The notes beneath the pieces are model-generated. The model saw nothing but the letters and a program-made list of their open reading frames with translations. It did not search any database and was not told the DNA's origin. The translations under genes and the position numbers were made by a program. This document shows, piece by piece, positions 30,388-40,337 of a stretch of 64,000 nucleotides of DNA. Origin of the DNA: a virus (Duplodnaviria > Caudoviricetes); IMG/VR virus record IMGVR_UViG_3300027628_000010, positions 1-64,000 of that record; one strand, 5' to 3'. The stretch's first letter is position 1. Every line of letters begins with the position of its first letter.

Positions 30388-31006
30388 TGTACTTTACCTA
30401 GAGGACAAGGATTTAATCGTACCAACACAAGGATATGAAGGTGACGTTGCATACGACATCTATGCATCTGAAGGGCGCTTAGTTCCTCACTCAACATTTA
30501 ACTCGGTTGTTATACCAACTAACCTAAAAGTAGCATTCGATTGGGAAAAAGCAGGCATGTTTGCTTCCCTAAGATCAGGTGCAGCATGTAACACACCGTT
30601 AATCTTATCTAACGGACCGGGAATCATCGAAGGTACATACAGAGGAGAAATCGGTATCATCTGCCGTAATACATTTGCTGATAATAGCTTAGTAGACTTC
30701 GTGTTTGATGTTAAAGGAAATAAAGTTCCATTAAATAAAGTTCCAAACGTAGTGAAGAAAGAAGCTCGTAAGTTCTTCGAAGAAGAGTCTGTACAATTAG
30801 GTTATAACTCTGTAGACGAAGGAAATGCTAGTCAAGTATTTAAGAAGGTAGTACCTCGAGGCACTATCTACGTTGAGAGAGGTACACGTATTGCACAAAT
30901 ATTCTTCCTAAACAAAATGGTTGCAACGTTTAAAGGAACCGATATTCTACCAGATTCAGTTCGTGGTGAAAACGGACGAGGTTCATCTGGTACAGACAAA
31001 AAGTAA
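30374..31006 (+). CDS. dut: Trimeric dUTPase-family protein (divergent motifs)
   Basis: VAYDIYA (I), LRSG (II), GIIEGTYRGEI (III), GTRIAQ (IV), RGENGRGSSG (V). Confidence 0.8.
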   Translation: MKAIDVLYLEDKDLIVPTQGYEGDVAYDIYASEGRLVPHSTFNSVVIPTNLKVAFDWEKAGMFASLRSGAACNTPLILSNGPGIIEGTYRGEIGIICRNTFADNSLVDFVFDVKGNKVPLNKVPNVVKKEARKFFEEESVQLGYNSVDEGNASQVFKKVVPRGTIYVERGTRIAQIFFLNKMVATFKGTDILPDSVRGENGRGSSGTDKK

Positions 31007-31016
31007 GGAGGCAGTT

Positions 31017-31331
31017 ATGGGAGATAACAAGCTTAATGAATTTATCGATAACATGATCTACTTCAGAAAGCATAAAGATGATGAAGGGATGCTGGCTCTC
31101 CTAGAGGAAGGGCAGTCACAACATGTGACTGTCACAGAAGCAGCAGAGACTCTAGTAGCTATGGTAGATGATTTAATAACGTACATAGACACTGTACAGG
31201 CTACAGATGAGGTAAGGCTCCTAACAGTTATTAAATCCTTACCTGAAGACATATACAGAAAGATCGAGAAAGAATTTAATGAAGATGAAGACGATTTACT
31301 AAAACCAGAACCTGAAGGAGAGAACAATTAA
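31017..31331 (+). CDS. Hypothetical acidic protein
   Basis: ATG 31017 after AAGGAGG. Confidence 0.6.
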   Translation: MGDNKLNEFIDNMIYFRKHKDDEGMLALLEEGQSQHVTVTEAAETLVAMVDDLITYIDTVQATDEVRLLTVIKSLPEDIYRKIEKEFNEDEDDLLKPEPEGENN

Positions 31332-31333
31332 CC

Positions 31334-31771
31334 ATGAAAAAACATTTTACTCAAGAGCCAATTAAAACAGAACATTTATACGATTTCCTAGAGTGCGTAC
31401 TTAACAAACAAATTAAAGATGAAGCAACAGCAAAGCGTGTTAAACGTTTAGCAAAATACACTGTAACCCTTCAAGATGTAGCAGTGGTAGTAGAAGCTAT
31501 GATGCGTACACATCAAGCAATGCAAGAAAAGGTTATTGACAATCAACAAGTAATCCAAGGAGTGCTTATGAAGTTAGGCGCTACACCTGAAATGTTCCAA
31601 GAGGCTGAAGTAGAATACAATCAGCAGCTTGAAGAATTTAAGAAACAATTTGAAGCAGCTAAAGAAGAGCTAGCTAAAGGTAAAGAAGGAGACATGCAGT
31701 CCGCAGTAGATAAAATTACTGAAGAGATTGCTAAAAACGAAGTAGAAATTCCCGATACGGAGCAGAAGTAA
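31334..31771 (+). CDS. Conserved hypothetical coiled-coil protein
   Basis: 145 aa after GAAGGAG. Confidence 0.6.
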   Translation: MKKHFTQEPIKTEHLYDFLECVLNKQIKDEATAKRVKRLAKYTVTLQDVAVVVEAMMRTHQAMQEKVIDNQQVIQGVLMKLGATPEMFQEAEVEYNQQLEEFKKQFEAAKEELAKGKEGDMQSAVDKITEEIAKNEVEIPDTEQK

Positions 31772-31968
31772 TGAAGCCAACACATGCTCTTTGTCTCCGA
31801 ACAGTAGAGGATGATTTAGGCGTATATAACATTAAAGGAAAATGTTATGAAATATATGAAGATCATGGGGATACACTTGTTATAGAATCTGAGGACGTTG
31901 AGGATGTACTAGACATACAGATTAAACGAGATGACCCAAGCTTTCTCCTAGTATACAGAAGGGATTGA
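31771..31968 (+). CDS. Hypothetical protein
   Basis: 65 aa, stop/start overlap. Confidence 0.55.
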   Translation: MKPTHALCLRTVEDDLGVYNIKGKCYEIYEDHGDTLVIESEDVEDVLDIQIKRDDPSFLLVYRRD

Positions 31969-32534
31969 TTATCATAGGTAAGTACAGTAAAAATAAAGGT
32001 AGCGGCTACGAGTTAAAAATAGCTAAATACATGTCTGCTTGGTGGGGTGGGAACTTCTCTCGAGTTCCTGCTTCAGGCGGATTACATTGGAAAGGTGACC
32101 AACGTGTAGCAGGTGATATTATCCCTCCTATCGGTATGGACTTCCCTTTCGTGATTGAATGTAAGAAGAGGGAAGAATGGAGTATCGAACATATTCTACT
32201 TGATATCGGTCAGCCTAAAGAATGGTGGAAGCAAGTAGTAGAAGATGGACGAAGAGTAAACCGAACACCTTTACTAATCTTCTCACGTAACCGAGCTAAG
32301 GACTTCGTAATGATTCCATACGAGGAGAGCATGTATTATCGTATTGCAGGAATTTCTCATGAGTACCTTCGAACGACTGTAACAATTAAAAATATTCGAG
32401 ATGAAGTTCAAATCTTCGATGTTATTGTTACTACACTTGATACATTCTCAAAAATCCCGACTTCTACCTTAGTTGACTTCGGGAAATCAATAGATTGGGA
32501 CCCATATGCGGACCAATACCGGGAGGACATTTAA
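31965..32534 (+). CDS. Holliday junction resolvase (Hjc-like PD-(D/E)XK)
   Basis: KNKGSGYELKIAK...RVPASG...GDI...IECKK. Confidence 0.85.
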   Translation: MIIIGKYSKNKGSGYELKIAKYMSAWWGGNFSRVPASGGLHWKGDQRVAGDIIPPIGMDFPFVIECKKREEWSIEHILLDIGQPKEWWKQVVEDGRRVNRTPLLIFSRNRAKDFVMIPYEESMYYRIAGISHEYLRTTVTIKNIRDEVQIFDVIVTTLDTFSKIPTSTLVDFGKSIDWDPYADQYREDI

Positions 32535-32962
32535 TGACCAAGATAGTTAGAGGACGAATTAGTATAGATTGGCAAACAACATTAGCCATTGTTGCTCGAG
32601 GTCAATATGATGTTGAACAACGTTGCTGGTTACCTAAGTTACCTGAAGGAGTAACTGCACGATCTGTCCATAATAACTACGTAAGTGGCAGCTTTGATTA
32701 CATCCTAGAGAGTGAAAAGCCTGTAGAAGGGTGGACACAAGAGGTTGAAGAAGGTACTGAGGTTCCCCTATCTCAGTCATGGGCTATGATGTGTAAAGTT
32801 GTACACACAGCAAAAGAGCCAGAGAACATTATTAAGACTATGACTCTACAAAGGCTGCTGATGAACATTAACAATGATCTTCGAGAGGATGCGGATTCAG
32901 GTATTAAAATGAGCATGACGATCGAAGAATACCTTAACAACTTATATAACGAAACGGAATAA
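32534..32962 (+). CDS. Hypothetical protein
   Basis: ATG 32534 after GGGAGG. Confidence 0.6.
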   Translation: MTKIVRGRISIDWQTTLAIVARGQYDVEQRCWLPKLPEGVTARSVHNNYVSGSFDYILESEKPVEGWTQEVEEGTEVPLSQSWAMMCKVVHTAKEPENIIKTMTLQRLLMNINNDLREDADSGIKMSMTIEEYLNNLYNETE

Positions 32963-33057
32963 AAAACTTTTCCCTACAATGTAGTTACACAAACACTATA
33001 TGTAGGGAAATTTTTTAAGTTTTTAGACTGTACAAACCCTATATTGTGTGCTATAAT
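32961..33057 (+). promoter_or_regulatory. Long terminator hairpin plus SigA-like promoter upstream of nrdA
   Basis: ~16-bp stem TTTCCCTACAATGTAGT/ACTATATGTAGGGAAA + T run; TGTACA-N17-TATAAT. Confidence 0.6.
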
Positions 33058-33112
33058 ATACTTACAGCTTAAATAAAAGCAGCTTATAACCTAGAGAGGA
33101 GTTACATATAAA

Positions 33113-35464
33113 ATGACAGAAAAGCAAATCGTTAACCGAGGAAACACAATTGAGTTTTACGACCCGAAAAAAGTGGAGGCTTACCTTAATCGGTACGTAC
33201 CAAAAGGCACAGATGTTAAAGTAGTCGTAGACAACATTACTGAATACGTAGAGCTAGAGGACAAAGTAACTAGCCTTAAAATCCAACAAGAATTATACTC
33301 TGTAGTAGAAGGCTTAATTTCTACTAATGAATCATTCTGGCAAAACGTAGCAGGATGTATCAAAGCAGATATCTTCCGCAAAGAGGTTATTAATAACCGT
33401 GGATTCGAAAAAGGAATGAAGAAAGTATTTGAACTAGGTTATGAGAGCAACCAGTATACAGACTTCTTCAAGAAATATACAGACGAAGAAATTGCAGAAC
33501 TACAAGAGGAACTAGATAATGAACGTGATTACTACGTAAACCATGCAGGCGTACATATTGCATACAACCGTTACACTACAGTCAGTCTTCAGAAAGAAAT
33601 GGTAAAAGGAAAAGAGATTGTAGTGGGAACTAAAAAGATTGAAACATTACAAGAGCGCTATATGGCTATTTCGATGTTCTTACATCAAAATGAAGTTGTG
33701 GACCGTATTAAGAAAGTCAAAGCAGGTTACCTACATATGAGTGGTAAGGAGATCGCAGTAGACTTTACAGTAGCAACTCCTACATTTATGAATGCAGGTA
33801 GACCTAATGGTAACTTATCAAGCTGCTTCGTAGGTATGGTAGGAGATAGCATTGACGATATCTACCGTGAAGCTGAACAGTTTGCTAAAGTATCTAAAAA
33901 TGCTGGAGGTTACGGATTATACTTCGGTAAAGTTCGTTCGTTAGGTTCGAGCATTCGTCAAAAGCCGGGACTATCATCTGGTTCAGTACCATTTATGAAG
34001 TTGTTTGATGTAACAGCAGGTACAGTCGATCAGCAAGGTCAACGTCCGGGAGCTGTAACTATTACTCTAGATGCTTGGCACCGTGATTTAACAGACTTCC
34101 TTAAATCACCATTAAACAATACAACATTAGAGAAGCAATTAAATAAAATCTTCTTAGCCGTATCAATGCCAGACTTATTCTTCCGTAAGTTACAAAATGA
34201 AGAAGATTGGTACCAATTCGACCCTAAAGAAGTACAAGACATTATGGGATGGGCTCTAGAAGATAGCTACGATGAAACATTAGAAGGCGGAACATTTACA
34301 GAGCGCTACGAAGCTTGTATTCAGGCATATAAAGACGGTTACTTACAATTAGTATCAATCGTTGACCCGTGGGATGTATTAGCGGAAATTAACAAAACAC
34401 GTATTGAAAAAGGACATCCATTCTTATTCTTCCGTGATACAGTTAACCGTGACAACCCTAACGAAGGTATGATCTACTGCTCGAACTTATGTACAGAAAT
34501 TACAATCACAATGTCATTACCTGAAGTTGAGTCTAAAATCATGGAGATTAATGGAGAGCAAGTTATCGCTGAGTTCCTTAAACCGGGTGACACGCCAACT
34601 TGTAACCTATCGTCTATTAACATGGCTAAGATTGCTAAGGTACGTATGGCAGGTGGAGATTGGAAACAACACATTGCAGATGTAGTTAAAACTCAATACC
34701 GTATGCTAGCAAACGTTATCGAACTTAACTCTCACGATGAAATGGAACAAACGAAGATCAGTTCTTTCCGTAAGCGTGAAGTAGGATTAGGTGAGATGGG
34801 TAATGCTCATGCTCTAGCTATCTCTCACATTGCTCCAGATTCAGAGGAAGCAATTGAATGGTTAGACGAAGTAAACGAAGAGATTACTTATAACATTGTT
34901 AAAGCTAGTATGGAGTTAGCTAAAGAACGAAACGATGTTGCTCCAGCATTTGCAACTTCTAAGTGGGCAGATGGCAGCTATATCCGTGATAAGTTTATTC
35001 CTTACAGCCGAGACAAACAACGTTGGGAAGAGCTTAACCAACAAGTAATTACACACGGTATGTACTCTCTAGTATTACGTGCTACAGCTCCGACAGAAAC
35101 TATTTCTTATGTAGCTAATACTACAGCAGGTGCGGACCCGATTTATGGTAAAGAGTACACATTAGAGAAAGCAGGACTTAAAACGAATATGGTAGCTCCT
35201 GATATTGCAGTAGATAACTTCTTCTACTACAAAGATGCTTTCATCGTTAATAAAGAAATGTTCTTGAAGACTGTAGGACGTAGACAGCGTTGGATTGATC
35301 AAGCTTCTTCTACTAACCTTTACTACATCAAAGATAACCTAGAAGCTTTAGACGTTGTTCAAGACTATATTACAGCTTGGAAAGAGGGAGTAAAAACACT
35401 TTACTACCACCGTGGAGAGAGCTTAGAAGCTTACGAGGCTGCTTGTGAGGCATGCAGTGGCTAA
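33113..35464 (+). CDS. nrdA: Class I ribonucleotide reductase alpha subunit
   Basis: ATP-cone-like N-terminus; LSSCF, CSNLCTEI, TCNL, TLYY, C-terminal CxxC (CEAC). Confidence 0.95.
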   Translation: MTEKQIVNRGNTIEFYDPKKVEAYLNRYVPKGTDVKVVVDNITEYVELEDKVTSLKIQQELYSVVEGLISTNESFWQNVAGCIKADIFRKEVINNRGFEKGMKKVFELGYESNQYTDFFKKYTDEEIAELQEELDNERDYYVNHAGVHIAYNRYTTVSLQKEMVKGKEIVVGTKKIETLQERYMAISMFLHQNEVVDRIKKVKAGYLHMSGKEIAVDFTVATPTFMNAGRPNGNLSSCFVGMVGDSIDDIYREAEQFAKVSKNAGGYGLYFGKVRSLGSSIRQKPGLSSGSVPFMKLFDVTAGTVDQQGQRPGAVTITLDAWHRDLTDFLKSPLNNTTLEKQLNKIFLAVSMPDLFFRKLQNEEDWYQFDPKEVQDIMGWALEDSYDETLEGGTFTERYEACIQAYKDGYLQLVSIVDPWDVLAEINKTRIEKGHPFLFFRDTVNRDNPNEGMIYCSNLCTEITITMSLPEVESKIMEINGEQVIAEFLKPGDTPTCNLSSINMAKIAKVRMAGGDWKQHIADVVKTQYRMLANVIELNSHDEMEQTKISSFRKREVGLGEMGNAHALAISHIAPDSEEAIEWLDEVNEEITYNIVKASMELAKERNDVAPAFATSKWADGSYIRDKFIPYSRDKQRWEELNQQVITHGMYSLVLRATAPTETISYVANTTAGADPIYGKEYTLEKAGLKTNMVAPDIAVDNFFYYKDAFIVNKEMFLKTVGRRQRWIDQASSTNLYYIKDNLEALDVVQDYITAWKEGVKTLYYHRGESLEAYEAACEACSG

Positions 35465-35554
35465 GCTTGTGACTAGCCTATAAGTTAGAAGTATGTTATA
35501 ATAGGTATAGAGGGTAAAACCTCTATACTTTACTTATAGCGGAGGGCAAGCAAA

Positions 35555-36253
35555 ATGGAAAATTGGAAAGATATAAAAGACTTTGAAGATTATTATGAGG
35601 TATCTGATTTAGGGAATGTACGAAGTAAGGTAAGCCAGCAGATTCTAGTTCCTTTTCTCAACAGCAGAGGTTATCTACATGTCGATCTGCATTATGTTAA
35701 ACCATACAAGAGGGTTGCAATACATAAACTAGTTATGGAGACATTTAATCCTGAAGGATACTTTAAGGATGCAGACATCGACCATAAGGACGGTAATAAG
35801 CAAAACAACGCTTTTACTAATCTAGAATATGTAACGCATGCTGAGAACGTATTAAGACACTATAGAGGGAAAGCAGAACCTATGGTAGCTGTATCCCCTA
35901 CAGGAGAAAAATATGAGTTCCTAGTGATCTCTGAGTTTGCTAGAGAGCATGGACTAGAATTTAGACATGTATCAGCTTGCTTAAAAGGGAAACTAGCACA
36001 TCATAAGCAATGGGTATTCTATCTTAAATCAGAAGGTAAACCTAAGCGTGAAAAAGAAGAAGGCGTTAAAAGTAATAAGCCGAGAGTCTTTATCGCTACC
36101 TCTCCTGAAGGAGAAGTGTTAGAAGGTATCAACCAACGTATATTTGCAGAAGAGCATGGATTGTCGAGAAGGCAAATTAACGCCTGCCTAAATGGTAGAA
36201 TGAAAACACATAAAGGCTGGGCATTTAAGTTTAAGGAGGAAACTAATGAGTAA
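35555..36253 (+). mobile_element. Free-standing HNH homing endonuclease (NUMOD4-HNH-2x NUMOD1, I-HmuI-like)
   Basis: WKDIKDFEDYYEVSDLGNVRS; IDHKDGNKQNNAFTNLEYVTHAEN; duplicated C-terminal SPxGE...FAxEHGL...ACL.G...HK.W.F. Confidence 0.9.
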
Positions 36254-36434
36254 ACATGAAATCTTATTTTCAGTTACAGAGGATTCCCGAGACGGTATTA
36301 ACTTTCAGGTAAAGGGTAGTGAGGTAGGTTTCATCTTAAAGCATAAAGAAGACGTACTTGCAGTTATGGAACGTTTGAAAAATGCTTTAATAAATGAAAC
36401 TTACCCATTTACTGATCATAGTAAGAAAAGCTAA
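36246..36434 (+). CDS. Hypothetical protein
   Basis: 62 aa after AAGGAGG. Confidence 0.6.
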   Translation: MSKHEILFSVTEDSRDGINFQVKGSEVGFILKHKEDVLAVMERLKNALINETYPFTDHSKKS

Positions 36435-36458
36435 TATAAATTAGAGGAGTGGAAATCA

Positions 36459-36701
36459 ATGGAGTGTAATAATAAACATTGTTTATGGAACGCTTTTAAT
36501 TCTTGTTGTCATGAGGACCCTGAGAAAGCAGATAAACACGCTACTCCCAATCAATTAGATTGCCCCGTATCATTACGGGGAGATTTCACTAGACAGTTAT
36601 ACGCATTACTTCATGAATGTGAAACGATGCTTGATCGAAGAAACATGAAAGAGCTTATGCAGGTTAGAGACTTTATGAAAGCTCAGAGGAAGAAACAATG
36701 A
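36459..36701 (+). CDS. Hypothetical Cys-containing protein
   Basis: CNNKHC...CC...CP; RBS GAGGAG. Confidence 0.6.
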   Translation: MECNNKHCLWNAFNSCCHEDPEKADKHATPNQLDCPVSLRGDFTRQLYALLHECETMLDRRNMKELMQVRDFMKAQRKKQ

Positions 36702-36907
36702 GTGAAAGATATTTTGACATGACAGATGCTATTGCAGCTATGATGGAAGGACATACTACTTCTGTAACTAATGGTAGCTTTGATTACTATATAATTGATA
36801 GTAATAATATGTTACGGGGCATGGCTAGCTGTGACCCGGAGCATTATGAAATAAGCCGTGAAGAGTTAACAAAGATCGCTCAAGGTGATTGGTATTTAAT
36901 AGATTGA
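36698..36907 (+). CDS. Hypothetical protein, remote DUF2829/Tad2-like pattern
   Basis: FDMTDAIAAMMEG...GDWYLID; weak pattern only. Confidence 0.5.
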   Translation: MSERYFDMTDAIAAMMEGHTTSVTNGSFDYYIIDSNNMLRGMASCDPEHYEISREELTKIAQGDWYLID

Positions 36908-36917
36908 TAAAAGGGAC

Positions 36918-36946
36918 TTGTTTTCTAAGCAGGTCCCTGTTATAAT
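36918..36946 (+). promoter_or_regulatory. SigA-like promoter for nrdB
   Basis: TTGTTT-N17-TATAAT with TG extension. Confidence 0.6.
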
Positions 36947-36982
36947 AAAGACTGTAACATACAGAGAAGGAGAGAAAATCAA

Positions 36983-38113
36983 ATGGACGTAAGTAACAGA
37001 CGCACAATCAAATTATTGCAACCGAAGAAGGACACATTATACCCAACTCGTATTCTAGACAACGATGGAGTTAATTCACTCAATATCAACGATACACGAT
37101 ATCCACAGTTCATCAAGTACTATCACAACATGTTAGAGCGTTTCTGGAGACCAGAGAGCGTTAAAATGAATAAAGACAACCTAGACTTTAAGAAAGCTTC
37201 TAAACAGATACAAGAGGCGTATAAGCTGGGATTAGGTAACTTAACAGCGATCGATGTTGTACAGACTCGTATGGCTCGTATTCTAGCAGTAGTAATCACA
37301 GACCCGGCAATCAACTCTGCATACGCTGTAGCAGGGCAGCAAGAGGCAGTACACGTACAATCATACTCGTATGCTATCTTAGATAAGTTGCCAATTGCAG
37401 AACAAAATGTTATGCTTCGTGAAGCTGTACGTAACGAGATGGCTCAAAAACGTAACAGCTTAGTTATTAAAGTGTTGGAAGAAGTAGAGGACGCATTCAA
37501 GCTCTATATCCTAGGAGAAATGGATGTAAAAGATTTTGCTAAGATTCTAGCTCGAGGCTTAGTATCAATGTCTGTACTAGAAGGTATTAACTTCTATTCT
37601 ACATTTATGATGTTCTATCATATTCAACATAAGTTTCAAATCTTAGATGGAACGATTTCACTTATTCGTTACATCCATAAGGACGAGTTCCAACATACTT
37701 ACTTGAATGGTCATACGCACCGTGCATTATTAACTGACTATCCTTTAAGCCAAGATGAAATGAAAGAACATATCGATTGGTCATTGGATTTCATTAAAGA
37801 AAATGTTAAGCGTGAAATTGCATACGGACAAGACCTGTTCAGTACAATCGGTGTACGTCCTTCAGAGATTGATACATACATTCACTGGTTAGGTAACATC
37901 CGTGCTCAATCATTAGGATTACCGCTACCATTCCCGGATACAGTCTTTAAAGCACAAGAGAATCCGATTCCTTGGATGAAGGCGTTTGACGATAGCCGCT
38001 TAGACTCTGGGCAAAAGATTGACTTCTTTGAATCGTATAACAACCAATATACAAAAGCAGATTCGAAGAATACAGAAGTAAATAAAGATGATCGTAGAAA
38101 ACTTAAGTTCTAA
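36983..38113 (+). CDS. nrdB: Class I ribonucleotide reductase beta subunit
   Basis: FWRPE; di-metal ligands AIDVVQ, QEAVHVQSY, LEGINFY, DEFQH. Confidence 0.93.
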   Translation: MDVSNRRTIKLLQPKKDTLYPTRILDNDGVNSLNINDTRYPQFIKYYHNMLERFWRPESVKMNKDNLDFKKASKQIQEAYKLGLGNLTAIDVVQTRMARILAVVITDPAINSAYAVAGQQEAVHVQSYSYAILDKLPIAEQNVMLREAVRNEMAQKRNSLVIKVLEEVEDAFKLYILGEMDVKDFAKILARGLVSMSVLEGINFYSTFMMFYHIQHKFQILDGTISLIRYIHKDEFQHTYLNGHTHRALLTDYPLSQDEMKEHIDWSLDFIKENVKREIAYGQDLFSTIGVRPSEIDTYIHWLGNIRAQSLGLPLPFPDTVFKAQENPIPWMKAFDDSRLDSGQKIDFFESYNNQYTKADSKNTEVNKDDRRKLKF

Positions 38114-38128
38114 TTGGAGGAAAACAAC

Positions 38129-38386
38129 ATGGCAAATCAATTAATCAAATTAGAGAAACATCACTGTAGATACTGCGGAGAGCTAGATAAGCATTTAAAG
38201 GCTCTAGAGCTCCCGTACACGGCTTATAATATGGATGACGAACCAAAGTATGCTACACAATATGGCGTTATGAGCGCCCCGGTACTTATCTTAGCGGACG
38301 AGGAAGGAAATGCAATTAAACAAGTTAATGGATTCTTCAGAGATCAAATTGACGAGTTAATTGAAGAGTTTCAGAAGGGAGAGTAA
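38129..38386 (+). CDS. Thioredoxin/glutaredoxin-like protein
   Basis: CRYC; YGVMSAPVL cis-Pro loop; after nrdB. Confidence 0.85.
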   Translation: MANQLIKLEKHHCRYCGELDKHLKALELPYTAYNMDDEPKYATQYGVMSAPVLILADEEGNAIKQVNGFFRDQIDELIEEFQKGE

Positions 38387-38387
38387 C

Positions 38388-38594
38388 ATGAAGACAAATA
38401 TGGAAGTAGTTAGTGGGACGTTAGTAATTACATCCCTTGACGGTGAGTTCTATGCAGAGGTAGATGTTGAAACAGGAGTAACAGAAATAACTAATCACGG
38501 AGACATTAATAAGCTCTACGCCTTTGTAAATGCTGTTAGAAATCGTTACAGAAGATTTCTTAATAGTAAGGCAGCTGAGGATTTTCTAGAGTAA
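38388..38594 (+). CDS. Hypothetical protein
   Basis: ATG 38388 after GGGAGAG; followed by terminator. Confidence 0.55.
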   Translation: MKTNMEVVSGTLVITSLDGEFYAEVDVETGVTEITNHGDINKLYAFVNAVRNRYRRFLNSKAAEDFLE

Positions 38595-38649
38595 AGAGGC
38601 TAAAAAAGCCTCTTTTTTTGTTGACAATATAGTTATAGTATGGTAAACT
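38594..38649 (+). promoter_or_regulatory. Terminator plus SigA-like promoter
   Basis: AAGAGGCT-AAAA-AAGCCTCTT-T run; TTGACA(38621)-N17-TAAACT. Confidence 0.7.
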
Positions 38650-38686
38650 CTGTATATAGCTTGTAACATATGAGGAGGAAAATTAA

Positions 38687-39085
38687 ATGAAGAGTAAATT
38701 ATTTATCGCAGTTTTGTTTTCAGTACTATTAGCGTTATCAGGTTGTTCAGAGGCAGACACAGTTTCAGAGAATCTATCAAAATCAGCGGATTCATTCAAA
38801 GTACAGAGACGAGTAGTATTCTTTAACGGAATTACAGACAAATATTTACTTACAGTTGAAGGACGTTGCGCCCTTAATACAGACAGCGCAAAGAAATTAA
38901 CGGTTACTTGTAAAACTGGAAAAGGTAAATACAAGAAACACTACCTTGGATTAAGTGACAACGTAAGCTACTTCGTGGAACAGACAGATGCAAAGTATGA
39001 AGATGCTTACCATTATAAAGTATTGTTCAGACCAGAAACAATTATCCCGGATGTAGACTTACAAACAAGTAAAGACGAAAACTAA
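38687..39085 (+). CDS. Conserved phage lipoprotein
   Basis: Signal peptide with lipobox LSGC; own promoter and terminator (39097-39128). Confidence 0.7.
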   Translation: MKSKLFIAVLFSVLLALSGCSEADTVSENLSKSADSFKVQRRVVFFNGITDKYLLTVEGRCALNTDSAKKLTVTCKTGKGKYKKHYLGLSDNVSYFVEQTDAKYEDAYHYKVLFRPETIIPDVDLQTSKDEN

Positions 39086-39194
39086 TTTTATTAACTAAGT
39101 AGAGGGCTTTTCTAGCCTCTACTTTTTTATTTTGTGGTATAATAAAGATATACATAATATTCTGAAAATTCTAAAGAATGGAAGGTAAAAGAAA

Positions 39195-39953
39195 ATGACA
39201 CGAAAGAAAAGTCTTAACATACACAATACCGACAGGTTGTTTAATCTAAATTTAACTACAAAGCAGGATGAGGCTAATTTTATTAAAGTTACACGTATTA
39301 ATGAAAAAGCTATTGAAAGAGAGATGGACCAGCTAAAAGCCAAGTCTACTCGTTTTAAAAAGCGCAATAAGAAGCATTATCTACTATATAAAGAGCGTTA
39401 TGGTAATGATACAATCCAAGATAAAGTGTTTGATCATGGTGGACACATCTATTACTACACAACAGACCGAGTTCCTGTTCCGATTATTAATAAGCTTGCA
39501 GCAGTACCGCAGTCAGAAGTCGTTTACTTTTGTAAGAAAGAACATACATTAGAAGACGTTCGAAATGTTCAGCTTGTATCGATGGCTACTAAAGTCTCTA
39601 TCGATGTACCAATCGTACTCCCGGATATTAATATTTACGATTATCTCTTTTCACTGTACCCGTTACGGTACCATGTAGACAAAGTAAAAATTTCTTTCCC
39701 TGCATTAAGTGAAAAAGAAATCCAAGATCGTCACAAACCATACTATGTATTCTACAATGGTATGTATCACTTAAAATCTAAATACAAATACCTATGCTTT
39801 CAGTACCTACAGGAGCCGCTATCCACTTGGAAAATGAATATTTGGCTAATTTGTGACTCTAAGAGAGATATGGCTATGGTAGAGGAAATGGTGATTAAAG
39901 ATAACAAACGTTTCCGCAAAGCAACATCTATCGATGAAGGGAGTGCGGAATAA
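39195..39953 (+). CDS. Conserved hypothetical basic protein
   Basis: 252 aa; conserved position before HU-like gene. Confidence 0.55.
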   Translation: MTRKKSLNIHNTDRLFNLNLTTKQDEANFIKVTRINEKAIEREMDQLKAKSTRFKKRNKKHYLLYKERYGNDTIQDKVFDHGGHIYYYTTDRVPVPIINKLAAVPQSEVVYFCKKEHTLEDVRNVQLVSMATKVSIDVPIVLPDINIYDYLFSLYPLRYHVDKVKISFPALSEKEIQDRHKPYYVFYNGMYHLKSKYKYLCFQYLQEPLSTWKMNIWLICDSKRDMAMVEEMVIKDNKRFRKATSIDEGSAE

Positions 39954-40258
39954 TGGCTGTAAATCGTAAAGAGCTAGCTAGACGCATTGCCCATCGAGGC
40001 GGATTTAATATCGGAGATGTAGAAAAAGTACTTGAAATATTTGAAGATGTTATAGTAGATACACTTAACGAAGGGGATTCAGTAAAGCTAGGTAAGCTGC
40101 TGAAGCTATTTCTAGAAGAGCTCCCCGAAAAGAATGCGTTTGATGGACTTAATAAGCGTTATTTCATTCGAGAGGCTAAACGGGTCCCGAAGGTAAAGCT
40201 ACTAACCAGACTCAGTAATATTGAACTTCCTGCCGAGAAGAAAGATACAGAGGGATAA
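39953..40258 (+). CDS. HU/IHF/TF1-like DNA-binding protein
   Basis: NRKELARRIA...VEKVLEIFEDVIVDTLNEGDSVKLG. Confidence 0.85.
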   Translation: MAVNRKELARRIAHRGGFNIGDVEKVLEIFEDVIVDTLNEGDSVKLGKLLKLFLEELPEKNAFDGLNKRYFIREAKRVPKVKLLTRLSNIELPAEKKDTEG

Positions 40259-40304
40259 TATCCCTCTTTTTTATGTTGACAGGCTCCGTATGATATAGTA
40301 TTAT
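40249..40304 (+). promoter_or_regulatory. Terminator plus SigA-like promoter of DNA polymerase
   Basis: AGAGGGAT-AAT-ATCCCTCT-T run; TTGACA(40276)-N17-TATTAT. Confidence 0.7.
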
Positions 40305-40337
40305 TATAGACACGGATACAAGGAGGAGGAAGGTTCA

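Noticed and set aside
33113-38113. Intron or intein in nrdA/nrdB
   Set aside because: Both ORFs are continuous and of normal length with all motifs; the HNH gene is free-standing
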